From a virus (Duplodnaviria; Heunggongvirae; Uroviricota; Caudoviricetes), in the IMG/VR virus record IMGVR_UViG_2778261064_000026, positions 1-43,389 of that record: 43,389 nucleotides of DNA, one strand, 5' to 3'. Below, piece after piece: positions 1 to 8,065 of this stretch. Numbering within the stretch: the first letter of the stretch is position 1; each line of letters opens with the position of its first letter. The position numbers were made by a program, and so were the translations under genes. The notes under the pieces are model-generated. The model saw nothing but the letters and a program-made list of their open reading frames with translations. It made no database searches and was not told the DNA's origin.

Positions 1-270
1 ATGAACATTACCAAAGCAATCCATAACTATGCTCGCCGCCGTGGAATCGAACTTCAACTCGAAGATGAGCAGGTTAGATTCTGGGAGATAGAACAAGATT
101 GTGAATGGATGTTCAGCTATTCGGTTGCTCAATGTGGTTGCTTGTTCTGGAAAGGTAATGTGTATCTTCCTCGCGATATTAAAGAAGAACTTCCGGCGAT
201 GATTGACACCGATAAGAAGTTAAAGGAAGTCTTAGATTTTATCTACAAAGAGTTTATTAGCAAGAAGTAA
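1..270 (+). CDS. hypothetical protein, 89 aa (ATG at window position 1; may be 5'-truncated)
   Basis: ORF track; followed by hairpin plus T-run at 281-308; no motif recognised. Confidence 0.3.
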   Translation: MNITKAIHNYARRRGIELQLEDEQVRFWEIEQDCEWMFSYSVAQCGCLFWKGNVYLPRDIKEELPAMIDTDKKLKEVLDFIYKEFISKK

Positions 271-280
271 TTTCTAATTT

Positions 281-308
281 GGTGGGTGCAATTCCCACCG
301 CTTTTTAA
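281..308 (+). terminator. rho-independent terminator-like hairpin
   Basis: ggtgggtgcaattcccacc stem-loop followed by ctttttaaa. Confidence 0.4.
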
Positions 309-323
309 ACTGGAGAATCAAAC

Positions 324-404
324 ATGTTAGCTTTTATCTCATTCGTGGGAGGTAGTCTCACAACTATGATTAGTCTTTCTTATCTTGTCGTTAGTATGGG
401 GTGA
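324..404 (+). CDS. possible 26-aa hydrophobic peptide (MLAFISFVGGSLTTMISLSYLVVSMG)
   Basis: ATG preceded by ggag about 8 nt upstream; below ORF-track size cutoff; hand-translated. Confidence 0.15.
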   Translation: MLAFISFVGGSLTTMISLSYLVVSMG

Positions 405-407
405 GCA

Positions 408-533
408 ATGAAACAATTTCATGATGGCATTTCATCTAAGACATTCAAGAAAGAATATAGCGGATTGTGTATTAACTGGATTGATTTAATTGGTGCGGTT
501 GTGTTTGGTCTGGTAATTAGCATCAATTTTTAA
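408..533 (+). CDS. possible 41-aa small membrane peptide with C-terminal hydrophobic helix
   Basis: ATG preceded by ggggtga; hand-translated MKQFHDGISSKTFKKEYSGLCINWIDLIGAVVFGLVISINF. Confidence 0.2.
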   Translation: MKQFHDGISSKTFKKEYSGLCINWIDLIGAVVFGLVISINF

Positions 534-577
534 CGATATAAATATATCGTAATTCAAATAACAAAGAGGATTCTACT

Positions 578-823
578 ATGAAAAAGATTATCGCTGGTAT
601 CGTTCTTGCTCTGGGTTTGGTTGGTGCTGCAAATGCCGAACAATATGTACAGGGTGATAGTGTCAAGCGTGCTGCCGTTGCACCTTCTTTAAATCAACTG
701 TGTACTGAATTAGCACAGATTGCCGGAGTTGGTGACGATGACGACTTTATTACTGCGTGTGTATGGAGTCATATCGAGGATATTAATAAACGTGATGCAA
801 AACTAACTGGAAAGAAATATTAA
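578..823 (+). CDS. small secreted protein, 81 aa, with signal peptide (cleavage after ANA), two Cys and a DDDD patch
   Basis: ORF track; strong RBS aagagga; N-terminal MKKIIAGIVLALGLVGAANA; own terminator downstream. Confidence 0.5.
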   Translation: MKKIIAGIVLALGLVGAANAEQYVQGDSVKRAAVAPSLNQLCTELAQIAGVGDDDDFITACVWSHIEDINKRDAKLTGKKY

Positions 824-839
824 TGACTTACTAACCAAT

Positions 840-880
840 GCCCCTATCGTTATAATACGCGGTAGGGGCTTTTTGTTTTG
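840..880 (+). terminator. rho-independent terminator 9 nt upstream of the recombinase start
   Basis: gcccctatcg...cggtaggggc stem followed by tttttgtttt. Confidence 0.6.
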
Positions 881-888
881 GAAATGGT

Positions 889-2568
889 ATGAAAACTAAA
901 CTGTATTCGTATATTCGCTTCTCGTCTATGCGTCAGAATGATGGTTCGAGTTATGAACGACAAATCAGGATGGCGAGAGAGATTGCGGCAAAGTATGACC
1001 TTGAACTGGTAAATGATTATCAGGATCTGGGTGTATCTGCGTTTAAGGGTGCTAACTCTAAAACAGGGGCGCTATCTCGTTTCCTTGATGCAATTGGTAG
1101 ATCCGTTCCTGTTGGTAGCTGGCTATTCATCGAAAACTTGGACCGTTTATCCCGTGCCGATATTGTCAGTGCGCAGGAGTTATTCCTTTCAATCATCCGT
1201 AGGGGAATAACCATTGTTACTGGCATGGATAACAAGATCTACTCGCTGGATACTGTTACCGCTAATCCGATGGACCTGATGTTCTCCATCCTTTTATTCA
1301 TCCGTGGTAATGAGGAAAGTCAGACTAAGCGCAATCGTACTAATTCAAGCGCACTGATTAAGATTAAATCGCATCAAGAAAATCCCCAGAATCCGGCAGT
1401 GGCAATCGAGGAAGTTGGAAAGAATATGTGGTGGACTGATACCACTTCCGGTTATGTGCTGCCTCATCCGGTGTACTTCCCTGTTGTTCAGGAGATTGTG
1501 GAATTACGGAAGAATGGACGTTCAACCGCCGAAATACTGGATCACCTTAACGAGACATATGCACCACCACCAGCAGTAAGCAACAAGAAGCATTCAAAAT
1601 GGTCACGGGCAATGGTTGAAAGGTTGTTCCATACCCGCGCTTTGATTGGTATCAAGGAAGTCTCTGTAGATGGCGTTAACTATGAGTTAAAGGATTATTA
1701 CCCTCGTGTTATTGATGACCCTACGTTCTATCACCTTAAGAAAAATATTGGTGCTAGAGCATGGAACTTTGGAGACAAGGAAGAAGTTAAACCGATCCCC
1801 CTGCTTAGTGGTATTGGCCTATTGAAATGTGATCATTGCGGTTGCGCTATGGTTAAAGTGAAGGGAACAAACAAACGTTCTGACCAGTATCGTTATACAT
1901 GTGATGCGACCCGTTCACGTAGACTTGATTGCGAGCATCCAAACTGGAGTTTTCGAGGGGATCAATTAGAGAAAGCTGTATTGCAATTGCTGGCTGATAA
2001 AATCTGGATTGCTGAGGATAAGGCTAATCCGGTTCCGGCGTTGAAAGTACAGGTTGATGAAATATCACGCAAGATTGATAACCTGATTGCCCTTTCTGCT
2101 ATGACAGGAGCAACGAAGGAGCTAGCCGATCAGATTACTACCCTCAATAGCGAGCGTGAAACACTCTACAATCAGATCAAGATGGCAGAAGAGGAAATGT
2201 ATTCTGTTGACTCTCAAGGCTGGGAGAAGCTCGCAGAATTTGATTTAGAAGATGTTTATAACGAGGAACGACTAAAGGTCCGGTTTAAGATTAAGCAAGC
2301 TCTAAAGCGGATCGGGTGTAGCAGGATTGACAGAAACAAAAACTTGTTTGTACTGGAATACATCGATGGAAAGACCCAGAGAGTTGTAATAGAAAATTCA
2401 AGAGGAACGAGGAAAGGCCGGATATTCATTGATTTGAAAACTATCAATGATAGGCAGATTCTGGAGAGTAACGGGCTTGTTCTGCATCCATGTTTAGACA
2501 TGCTGACAGATAAGAACTGGAAACCAGAGGAGGAAATACCAGGTCCATTACAGGAATTTGGAATTTAA
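889..2568 (+). CDS. large serine recombinase (integrase/resolvase-type), 559 aa
   Basis: N-terminal YIRFSSMRQ catalytic-Ser motif and LDRLSR motif of serine recombinases; Cys-rich zinc-ribbon-like segment (CDHCGC...C...C); C-terminal coiled coil. Confidence 0.8.
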   Translation: MKTKLYSYIRFSSMRQNDGSSYERQIRMAREIAAKYDLELVNDYQDLGVSAFKGANSKTGALSRFLDAIGRSVPVGSWLFIENLDRLSRADIVSAQELFLSIIRRGITIVTGMDNKIYSLDTVTANPMDLMFSILLFIRGNEESQTKRNRTNSSALIKIKSHQENPQNPAVAIEEVGKNMWWTDTTSGYVLPHPVYFPVVQEIVELRKNGRSTAEILDHLNETYAPPPAVSNKKHSKWSRAMVERLFHTRALIGIKEVSVDGVNYELKDYYPRVIDDPTFYHLKKNIGARAWNFGDKEEVKPIPLLSGIGLLKCDHCGCAMVKVKGTNKRSDQYRYTCDATRSRRLDCEHPNWSFRGDQLEKAVLQLLADKIWIAEDKANPVPALKVQVDEISRKIDNLIALSAMTGATKELADQITTLNSERETLYNQIKMAEEEMYSVDSQGWEKLAEFDLEDVYNEERLKVRFKIKQALKRIGCSRIDRNKNLFVLEYIDGKTQRVVIENSRGTRKGRIFIDLKTINDRQILESNGLVLHPCLDMLTDKNWKPEEEIPGPLQEFGI

Positions 2569-2604
2569 GCGGCCTAAATCGACGTATAACGAGCTAAAAC
2601 AGTT

Positions 2605-2636
2605 AAGGGGTACAGATGTACCCCTTTTTAATTTAA
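2605..2636. terminator. bidirectional terminator between convergent genes
   Basis: aaggggtacagatgtacccctt hairpin with flanking A and T runs. Confidence 0.55.
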
Positions 2637-2641
2637 TTGCG

Positions 2642-3817
2642 TTAGGCAGCGTCTAAGAGAGTATTAAAGTATTCATCCATTAAATCAGGACTGTCGTCAT
2701 CAATACAGAAAAATTCCGGTTTATTGATGCCGTAGAAGTGAGTATGTAGCTTGAATGTATCGTCATCAAATACATCTTTCTGGGATACCCACATATTAGC
2801 CTCGTCCGGTTGATTGGTTAGGTAGTCATAAACCAGTTGCTGTAAGTGTGGTAACTCATCAATAGTCAGAGTTTCCGACCATCCATCCTTGAAATCTTTG
2901 TAGGGTGCTGCATGAGTCTTGAAGCGTTGTTTTACTTCATGCTCTAAATCAACGGCTTTCCAACCATCCTCAAACTCATGAGTAAAGATTAAGCGGTGAG
3001 TGAAGTTGCTCTTTCTGGTTTGCTCTCTCATTCGTTCTTCTGGTTTCCGGGTAGTGATTCCAAATTTAATAAATTTGTCATCTAATAATTGAATATAGAA
3101 ACTAGCCTTACCCTGATAAGTCCGGTTAGACAGTTGCACCAGTTGGTCTTTAATGCAAAGCGGACAAGTGAAAGAATCAGCACATCTTAAATGAGATTCC
3201 CATTCGTGATTATGTGTCTTGCAATAGGTTTTAAATTTAACATCCTTTAGGTGTGGGGTGTTTATGATGAATCCTTTGAAGGTGTAAGGCGTACTCTCGC
3301 AACGTGCATTGATGATTGTCTCTTTGTCCTTAATAACTTCATCAAAAGTCTTGCCACTTCTTACCCGTTGGGATTTTTCAGCCATACAGATTTTGCAATC
3401 AAAATCGAAATCATCTTTGAGAGCATGTAATAGAGATGGCGTCATGATTTGATTGTGTTCAGGGCACAAAACACGGGATTTTGTCTTGTTGCGCCCTTTC
3501 CATTCTCCTTGCCATCCGAGGAATTTCTTTCCCTTCTCATTACAACGAGATTCCATTTTCAACCATACAGCCTTTTCAGTCTGGAGTAACTCACCCCCGT
3601 TAGTATCTTCCAGTTTGCGTAATTTGTAGTCCTTATATTCTTGTGTATCTAAATTGTAGATTCGAAAGTAAGTGTGATTACCCTTCCACGGTAGGATAAA
3701 TCCACCAAATACGAAAGCAGGTTCCAGTTTAGCGATGATTCGTTGTTGGTACTCTTCCGGCGATAAACCGCGAGTTTTCTTAACAAAAGGAATTTCGGCA
3801 GCGTAAGCAAGTTTCAT
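2642..3817 (-). CDS. T5orf172 (GIY-YIG-like) domain protein with several Cys-pair zinc-finger-like motifs, about 391 aa from internal ATG
   Basis: FIKFGITTRKPEERMREQ motif; multiple CxxC/CxxH pairs; start moved to MKLAYAAE because of RBS gaggaaact; track ORF extends to 3928. Confidence 0.5.
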   Translation of the reverse strand: MKLAYAAEIPFVKKTRGLSPEEYQQRIIAKLEPAFVFGGFILPWKGNHTYFRIYNLDTQEYKDYKLRKLEDTNGGELLQTEKAVWLKMESRCNEKGKKFLGWQGEWKGRNKTKSRVLCPEHNQIMTPSLLHALKDDFDFDCKICMAEKSQRVRSGKTFDEVIKDKETIINARCESTPYTFKGFIINTPHLKDVKFKTYCKTHNHEWESHLRCADSFTCPLCIKDQLVQLSNRTYQGKASFYIQLLDDKFIKFGITTRKPEERMREQTRKSNFTHRLIFTHEFEDGWKAVDLEHEVKQRFKTHAAPYKDFKDGWSETLTIDELPHLQQLVYDYLTNQPDEANMWVSQKDVFDDDTFKLHTHFYGINKPEFFCIDDDSPDLMDEYFNTLLDAA

Positions 3818-3876
3818 AGTAGTTTCCTCTAAAATAATAAGCTCACTACTATTTATTAGAGAAAATTGTCTTACTA

Positions 3877-3904
3877 TTGCATTCTCTATCTGGATGTGTA
3901 CAAT
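3877..3904 (+). promoter_or_regulatory. sigma70-like promoter (TTGCAT, 16-nt spacer, TACAAT) for the 3971 gene
   Basis: hexamers read directly from sequence. Confidence 0.3.
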
Positions 3905-3970
3905 ACGCGACCCTAAATCCCAAACCAACCATATTGAGGTTATGCCTATAAGTTAAAAAGTGAGGTCTAT

Positions 3971-4540
3971 ATGATTCCAGTAATGGCTAAAGATATTGTT
4001 TTTACTCCTAAATCCTCCCGTGCTGCAACTCCATCGGCATTAGAACAACGCATTCTGACTCACATCAAAGAGAAGGACTTACCGTTAGTCTTTCATGGCT
4101 TTCTGGGTGAGTTTAAAGGGCTTCATTCAAGAATTGCTCTTACATGTACCCGATGCGGCAATAGAGCCGACAAATCAGCTACCAACCTGCTTAATGAAGG
4201 TAAACGCTGTGCATGTCTCAAAAGTGATTACTTTCAATATAAAGCGGGTGTGCCTTATCTCTATGTAATGAAATCAGGGGATATTGGTAAATTTGGTGTA
4301 ACAAAGTCAATCATCAAGCGACGTGTTAATCTGGGTGTACGCAATCCCGGTCATAACTTTGATATTGTCTTTGCTGGTGAAATGCCATCAATGAAACATG
4401 CTTTAGCCACTGAAAGAGCAATAAAGAGATTACTGGATGTGGGTATAGGCGGGATTGAATACGGCAAAACTGAAACATTCCACTACTGCAATAAATCACT
4501 AAACAATATAAAGAATATTGCAAGTGTGGAGTGGAACTAA
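3971..4540 (+). CDS. T5orf172/GIY-YIG-like domain protein, 189 aa, N-terminal Cys cluster
   Basis: YLYVMKSGDIGKFGVTKS motif; RBS gtgagg; stop overlaps helicase start (TAATG). Confidence 0.4.
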   Translation: MIPVMAKDIVFTPKSSRAATPSALEQRILTHIKEKDLPLVFHGFLGEFKGLHSRIALTCTRCGNRADKSATNLLNEGKRCACLKSDYFQYKAGVPYLYVMKSGDIGKFGVTKSIIKRRVNLGVRNPGHNFDIVFAGEMPSMKHALATERAIKRLLDVGIGGIEYGKTETFHYCNKSLNNIKNIASVEWN

Positions 4541-6030
4541 TGCAAGATATTAAAATTCATTTTCAAGATTACAGTTTCGTTAAGGTTGATTGCTCTCCTT
4601 CTATCGGAATGGAATTAAGAGATTATTTCTCGTTTGAGGTTGAAGGGGCTAGGTTTAGCCCCCGCTACAAGTATTCCGGCTGGGATGGACGAATAAGACT
4701 GTTTACGCATGAAAATATCCTACCAATTGGACTATTAAAAACGTTGGGTGTCTTCGTTAAAAATATGGGCTATTCAGTCTGGATTGACCCGCGATTGCTT
4801 GAGAAGGAAGATGTAACCAAAGACGCGATTAATGAATGGATTGATTCCCTAGAAGTGTATTCCGGTTCCAATAAAATCAATCCTTACTGGTATCAAAGGG
4901 AGGCAGTCTTTCAGGGTATCCATAATCGCCGTAGAATGCTGGTTCTTCCTACCAGTGCCGGAAAGTCATTGATTGCTTGTATGCTGTCTCGTTGGTACTT
5001 AGAGAACTACACCGGAAAGATTCTAATCATTGTCCCGACTACATCGCTGGTGGTTCAAATGAGGGATGATTTTGTTGATTATCGGTTATTCCCTTATGAA
5101 GCAATCCATACAATGATGAGTGGTAGCGGGAAACATCCGGGAGACAGGTTAATCACGGTTAGTACCTGGCAATCAGCTTGCAAGATGCCTCCTGAATGGT
5201 TCAAACAATATGGAATGTTGATAGTTGATGAATCGCATAAGGCTAGTGCCAAAAATATTACCAATATCATTAACGGAATGAATCATTGCCAGTTTAAGAT
5301 CGGTATGACTGGTTCCCCGAAAGAATCAAAGTGCCATTTAATGCAATACGTCGGTATGTTCGGTGATATTTCTAAGATCGTGAGTATTGACCGCCTGATG
5401 GAAGAAGGGCAGGTGACAAAACTGAAAATTAACTGTCTTTTCCTTCGTTATACCGATGAGGAATGTAGCGCGGTTAAGGGGCGAGAATATGCGGAAGAGA
5501 TCAAGTACATCACTTCGCACGGGAGACGAAATAAGTTTGTGTGTAATTTGGCGCTAAAACTCGCTAAGAAGAACGAAAACGTATTTCTGATGTTCCGTAA
5601 CACTAAACACGGAAAACTTATGTATGACGCGTTACAGAAGGTACATGATAAGGTTTATTACATTGATGGTGGAGTTAAGACAGAAGAACGTGATGAATTT
5701 AAGAAAATGGCGGAGGGTGACACCGGGATCATTTGTGTTGCGTCTTATGGTGTGTTCTCTACTGGTGTTTCAATTAAGAACTTGCACCATGTCATTTTCG
5801 GTCATCCGGTGAAAGAATCAACTATCGTTCGTCAGAGTATTGGCCGTGCATTGCGTAAACATGGTTCTAAGGATATTGCGACCGTCTGGGATCTTATCGA
5901 TCATCTGTGTATATTCGGTCGTAACGGAAAAGTCAAGCATAAAAATTATGCGGTAAAACATGCACTTGAGAGAATCCGCTATTATCTAACCGACAAGTTC
6001 AGCTATGCAACTAAAACAATTGCTATATAA
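4540..6030 (+). CDS. SF2 DNA helicase, UvsW-like (recombination/repair helicase), 496 aa from ATG 4540
   Basis: Walker A LPTSAGKS, DExH box IVDESHKAS, motif VI QSIGRALRKHG; N-terminal domain and motif order resemble my recollection of T4 UvsW. Confidence 0.7.
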   Translation: MQDIKIHFQDYSFVKVDCSPSIGMELRDYFSFEVEGARFSPRYKYSGWDGRIRLFTHENILPIGLLKTLGVFVKNMGYSVWIDPRLLEKEDVTKDAINEWIDSLEVYSGSNKINPYWYQREAVFQGIHNRRRMLVLPTSAGKSLIACMLSRWYLENYTGKILIIVPTTSLVVQMRDDFVDYRLFPYEAIHTMMSGSGKHPGDRLITVSTWQSACKMPPEWFKQYGMLIVDESHKASAKNITNIINGMNHCQFKIGMTGSPKESKCHLMQYVGMFGDISKIVSIDRLMEEGQVTKLKINCLFLRYTDEECSAVKGREYAEEIKYITSHGRRNKFVCNLALKLAKKNENVFLMFRNTKHGKLMYDALQKVHDKVYYIDGGVKTEERDEFKKMAEGDTGIICVASYGVFSTGVSIKNLHHVIFGHPVKESTIVRQSIGRALRKHGSKDIATVWDLIDHLCIFGRNGKVKHKNYAVKHALERIRYYLTDKFSYATKTIAI

Positions 6031-6031
6031 C

Positions 6032-6063
6032 AAAAAAGCGCCCACTAGAGGCGCTTTAATTTT
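6032..6063. terminator. bidirectional terminator separating rightward block from leftward late operon
   Basis: aaagcgcccactagaggcgcttt hairpin flanked by A-run and T-run. Confidence 0.6.
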
Positions 6064-6415
6064 ATCCATTCCACCGTGATTTTTTTGATCTGGAATCAAT
6101 ATGCGTAAAGGTTTTATATTTGCCTAAGCCGTATTGAGTAGGATATTTCCCATCAAGATAAGCATGGACAATATCAGGGGAGACACCCTTGACCACAATG
6201 TCAGCCGCACGACCTCGAACGTGATAGCTGTTGGTTGCACCGCCTACATTCTTGTTATGAGTCGGACAACGGTTCCCACTGTTAATAATTACTGGTTTCC
6301 CGAAGTGTTCGCGTACATCCTCAAGAATCACCAGTAATTCAGCGTCGATTGTATCATAATCACATTTTCCGCATTTACATTTAAATTCCTTGCGAGAAAA
6401 ATGCTTACTTAACAT
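6062..6415 (-). CDS. peptidase M15-family cell-wall hydrolase (putative endolysin), 117 aa
   Basis: SGNRCPTHNKNVGGATNSYHVRGRAADIV and HID motifs typical of zinc D-Ala-D-Ala carboxypeptidase-like phage lysins. Confidence 0.6.
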   Translation of the reverse strand: MLSKHFSRKEFKCKCGKCDYDTIDAELLVILEDVREHFGKPVIINSGNRCPTHNKNVGGATNSYHVRGRAADIVVKGVSPDIVHAYLDGKYPTQYGLGKYKTFTHIDSRSKKSRWNG

Positions 6416-6424
6416 ATTACCCCC

Positions 6425-6772
6425 TTAGATCATTTCGAAGATATAACCAATAAAGCGCATACCCTTGATATAATAAGGAGCAGTGCCTACACACACCGCG
6501 CGTGCATCGCCCAGACAGTTAAAGCTATAAGGATTAACCACATCAACTTCTTGTCCTACACGAAAACGATACTTAGGACGTTTAGCCAATGTAGCGACAC
6601 AAAACACGGTCCCTTTTTCATGATCGCGGATACATTCTTTATATTGTTTATGTTTAACTCTCTTCGCCTCAAAATCATGTGTCATGGATTCTGGGCTAAT
6701 GCCATTAATAAAAATACCGGAAAGCTGATCGACCGGATAAGTAGGAAATTCAGTAAAAATATTTTTAGCCAT
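6425..6772 (-). CDS. hypothetical protein, 115 aa
   Basis: ORF track; in late operon. Confidence 0.4.
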   Translation of the reverse strand: MAKNIFTEFPTYPVDQLSGIFINGISPESMTHDFEAKRVKHKQYKECIRDHEKGTVFCVATLAKRPKYRFRVGQEVDVVNPYSFNCLGDARAVCVGTAPYYIKGMRFIGYIFEMI

Positions 6773-6810
6773 GTTATACCCCCATAAGATTCTATGAGGG
6801 TATTTATGGA

Positions 6811-7494
6811 TTAAACGTATCTCATGCGCGATTTAATGTGCTTATTAATGTTCTTAAGCATCATTTCCTCGTTGCTTTCCCACGATCCTAGCGTCGAATA
6901 ACGAGTAGAAATTTTATCTGACTTAACGGCAACAATTCGCTTGCTCTGTTTCTGTATGCGTTTCTCTAAGCGACGTTTTGCCACCGCCGATCCATTCCTA
7001 GCGCGTTTGGTTCGGGATTTCTTAGGCTTGTACTTCTTCATGATAAAAGTCCCTTCCTTGTTCTCTACCTTGATGAAGTTGCCATTTTCGATGTTACGCA
7101 TCATCTTACCGCCTTTAATGGCCTTAATGTTCCCGTGGGAGTCTAAGACCTTACCGTTAGCTATTGGCACTAGCTTATTGATTTTGCCACCATCGAAATA
7201 GTGTTTCAGATAGTCGTCTTGACTGCCGATCTTCTTGTCCTTATCCCTTGCGCCCTTGATGAAGATTTGGTGTCTCGTCCCTGATCGGTTCTTGTAGTTG
7301 GTATTACCTACAGCTTGCTGAGTCCAGCGAGTAGGTCTATCAACATTCTTGTTAATCTTCTTCTGGAGTGCTCTGGAAGCAAAGATCGCCCCTTCCCCTA
7401 TCGCCCTTTCGAATGTATCGGTTGCTTTATCAGTCCATTGGCGTAACGCTTTCTTAGTCCTTAGAGCGTTTCGTTTATTGGTACTGGTTGCCAT
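6811..7494 (-). CDS. very basic hypothetical protein, 227 aa (K/R-rich)
   Basis: ORF track; RBS agggggc; composition. Confidence 0.4.
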   Translation of the reverse strand: MATSTNKRNALRTKKALRQWTDKATDTFERAIGEGAIFASRALQKKINKNVDRPTRWTQQAVGNTNYKNRSGTRHQIFIKGARDKDKKIGSQDDYLKHYFDGGKINKLVPIANGKVLDSHGNIKAIKGGKMMRNIENGNFIKVENKEGTFIMKKYKPKKSRTKRARNGSAVAKRRLEKRIQKQSKRIVAVKSDKISTRYSTLGSWESNEEMMLKNINKHIKSRMRYV

Positions 7495-7495
7495 G

Positions 7496-7666
7496 TTAGC
7501 CCCCTAATAACGAAAAGACCCCCGCCAGTGTCCTTAGCAATTGCTCATCCACGGTCATAGCCGGGAGTTCAAGCCCAAAGGACGTTAGCAGAGGTCTAAT
7601 TGCTACGTTATAAGTGAGGGCGATAATCAAGAGATAACCAAAATATTTCTTAAGTTTATTCTTCAT
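7496..7666 (-). CDS. small single-pass membrane protein, 56 aa (holin-like candidate)
   Basis: hand-translated MKNKLKKYFGYLLIIALTYNVAIRPLL...; RBS aaggggtg; overlaps next start. Confidence 0.3.
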   Translation of the reverse strand: MKNKLKKYFGYLLIIALTYNVAIRPLLTSFGLELPAMTVDEQLLRTLAGVFSLLGG

Positions 7667-7684
7667 ATATTCACCCCTTTATTA

Positions 7685-7963
7685 TTATTTTTGTTTGAGT
7701 ATGTCGAGAACTTGGTCAAATTTGGCGTCCATCGCAACCACTTTCTTCTCTATACCGTGTAGTGTTTGTTCCATGCGATAAACTCTCTCGGCGATCTGGT
7801 CGTGGTTACTTTGCATTGTTTCAAACTTCTGATTAAACAATGCATCATTGGACTCTAATTTCGACAATCTATTTTCTGTTGCTAATTGATTTCGGTGAAG
7901 TCTCCAAAGACCACCACAAATTAAGGCGATAACACCGATACCGCCATATATAATTTCAGTCAT
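7685..7963 (-). CDS. N-terminal TM plus coiled-coil protein, 92 aa (i-spanin-like or holin-like)
   Basis: IIYGGIGVIALICGGLW hydrophobic segment followed by heptad-like region. Confidence 0.4.
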   Translation of the reverse strand: MTEIIYGGIGVIALICGGLWRLHRNQLATENRLSKLESNDALFNQKFETMQSNHDQIAERVYRMEQTLHGIEKKVVAMDAKFDQVLDILKQK

Positions 7964-8004
7964 TACGCCCCCGATATTTTATAATTTAATGGCAGAATTA
8001 TTTA

Positions 8005-8047
8005 GATAAAAATAATCCCGCCTAACCCAAAAGAATTAAGCGGGATT
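8005..8047 (-). terminator. terminator-like hairpin after J-like gene
   Basis: aatcccgcctaacccaaaagaattaagcgggatt stem with U-run on minus strand. Confidence 0.4.
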
Positions 8048-8065
8048 AATTATTAGAATTAAATT

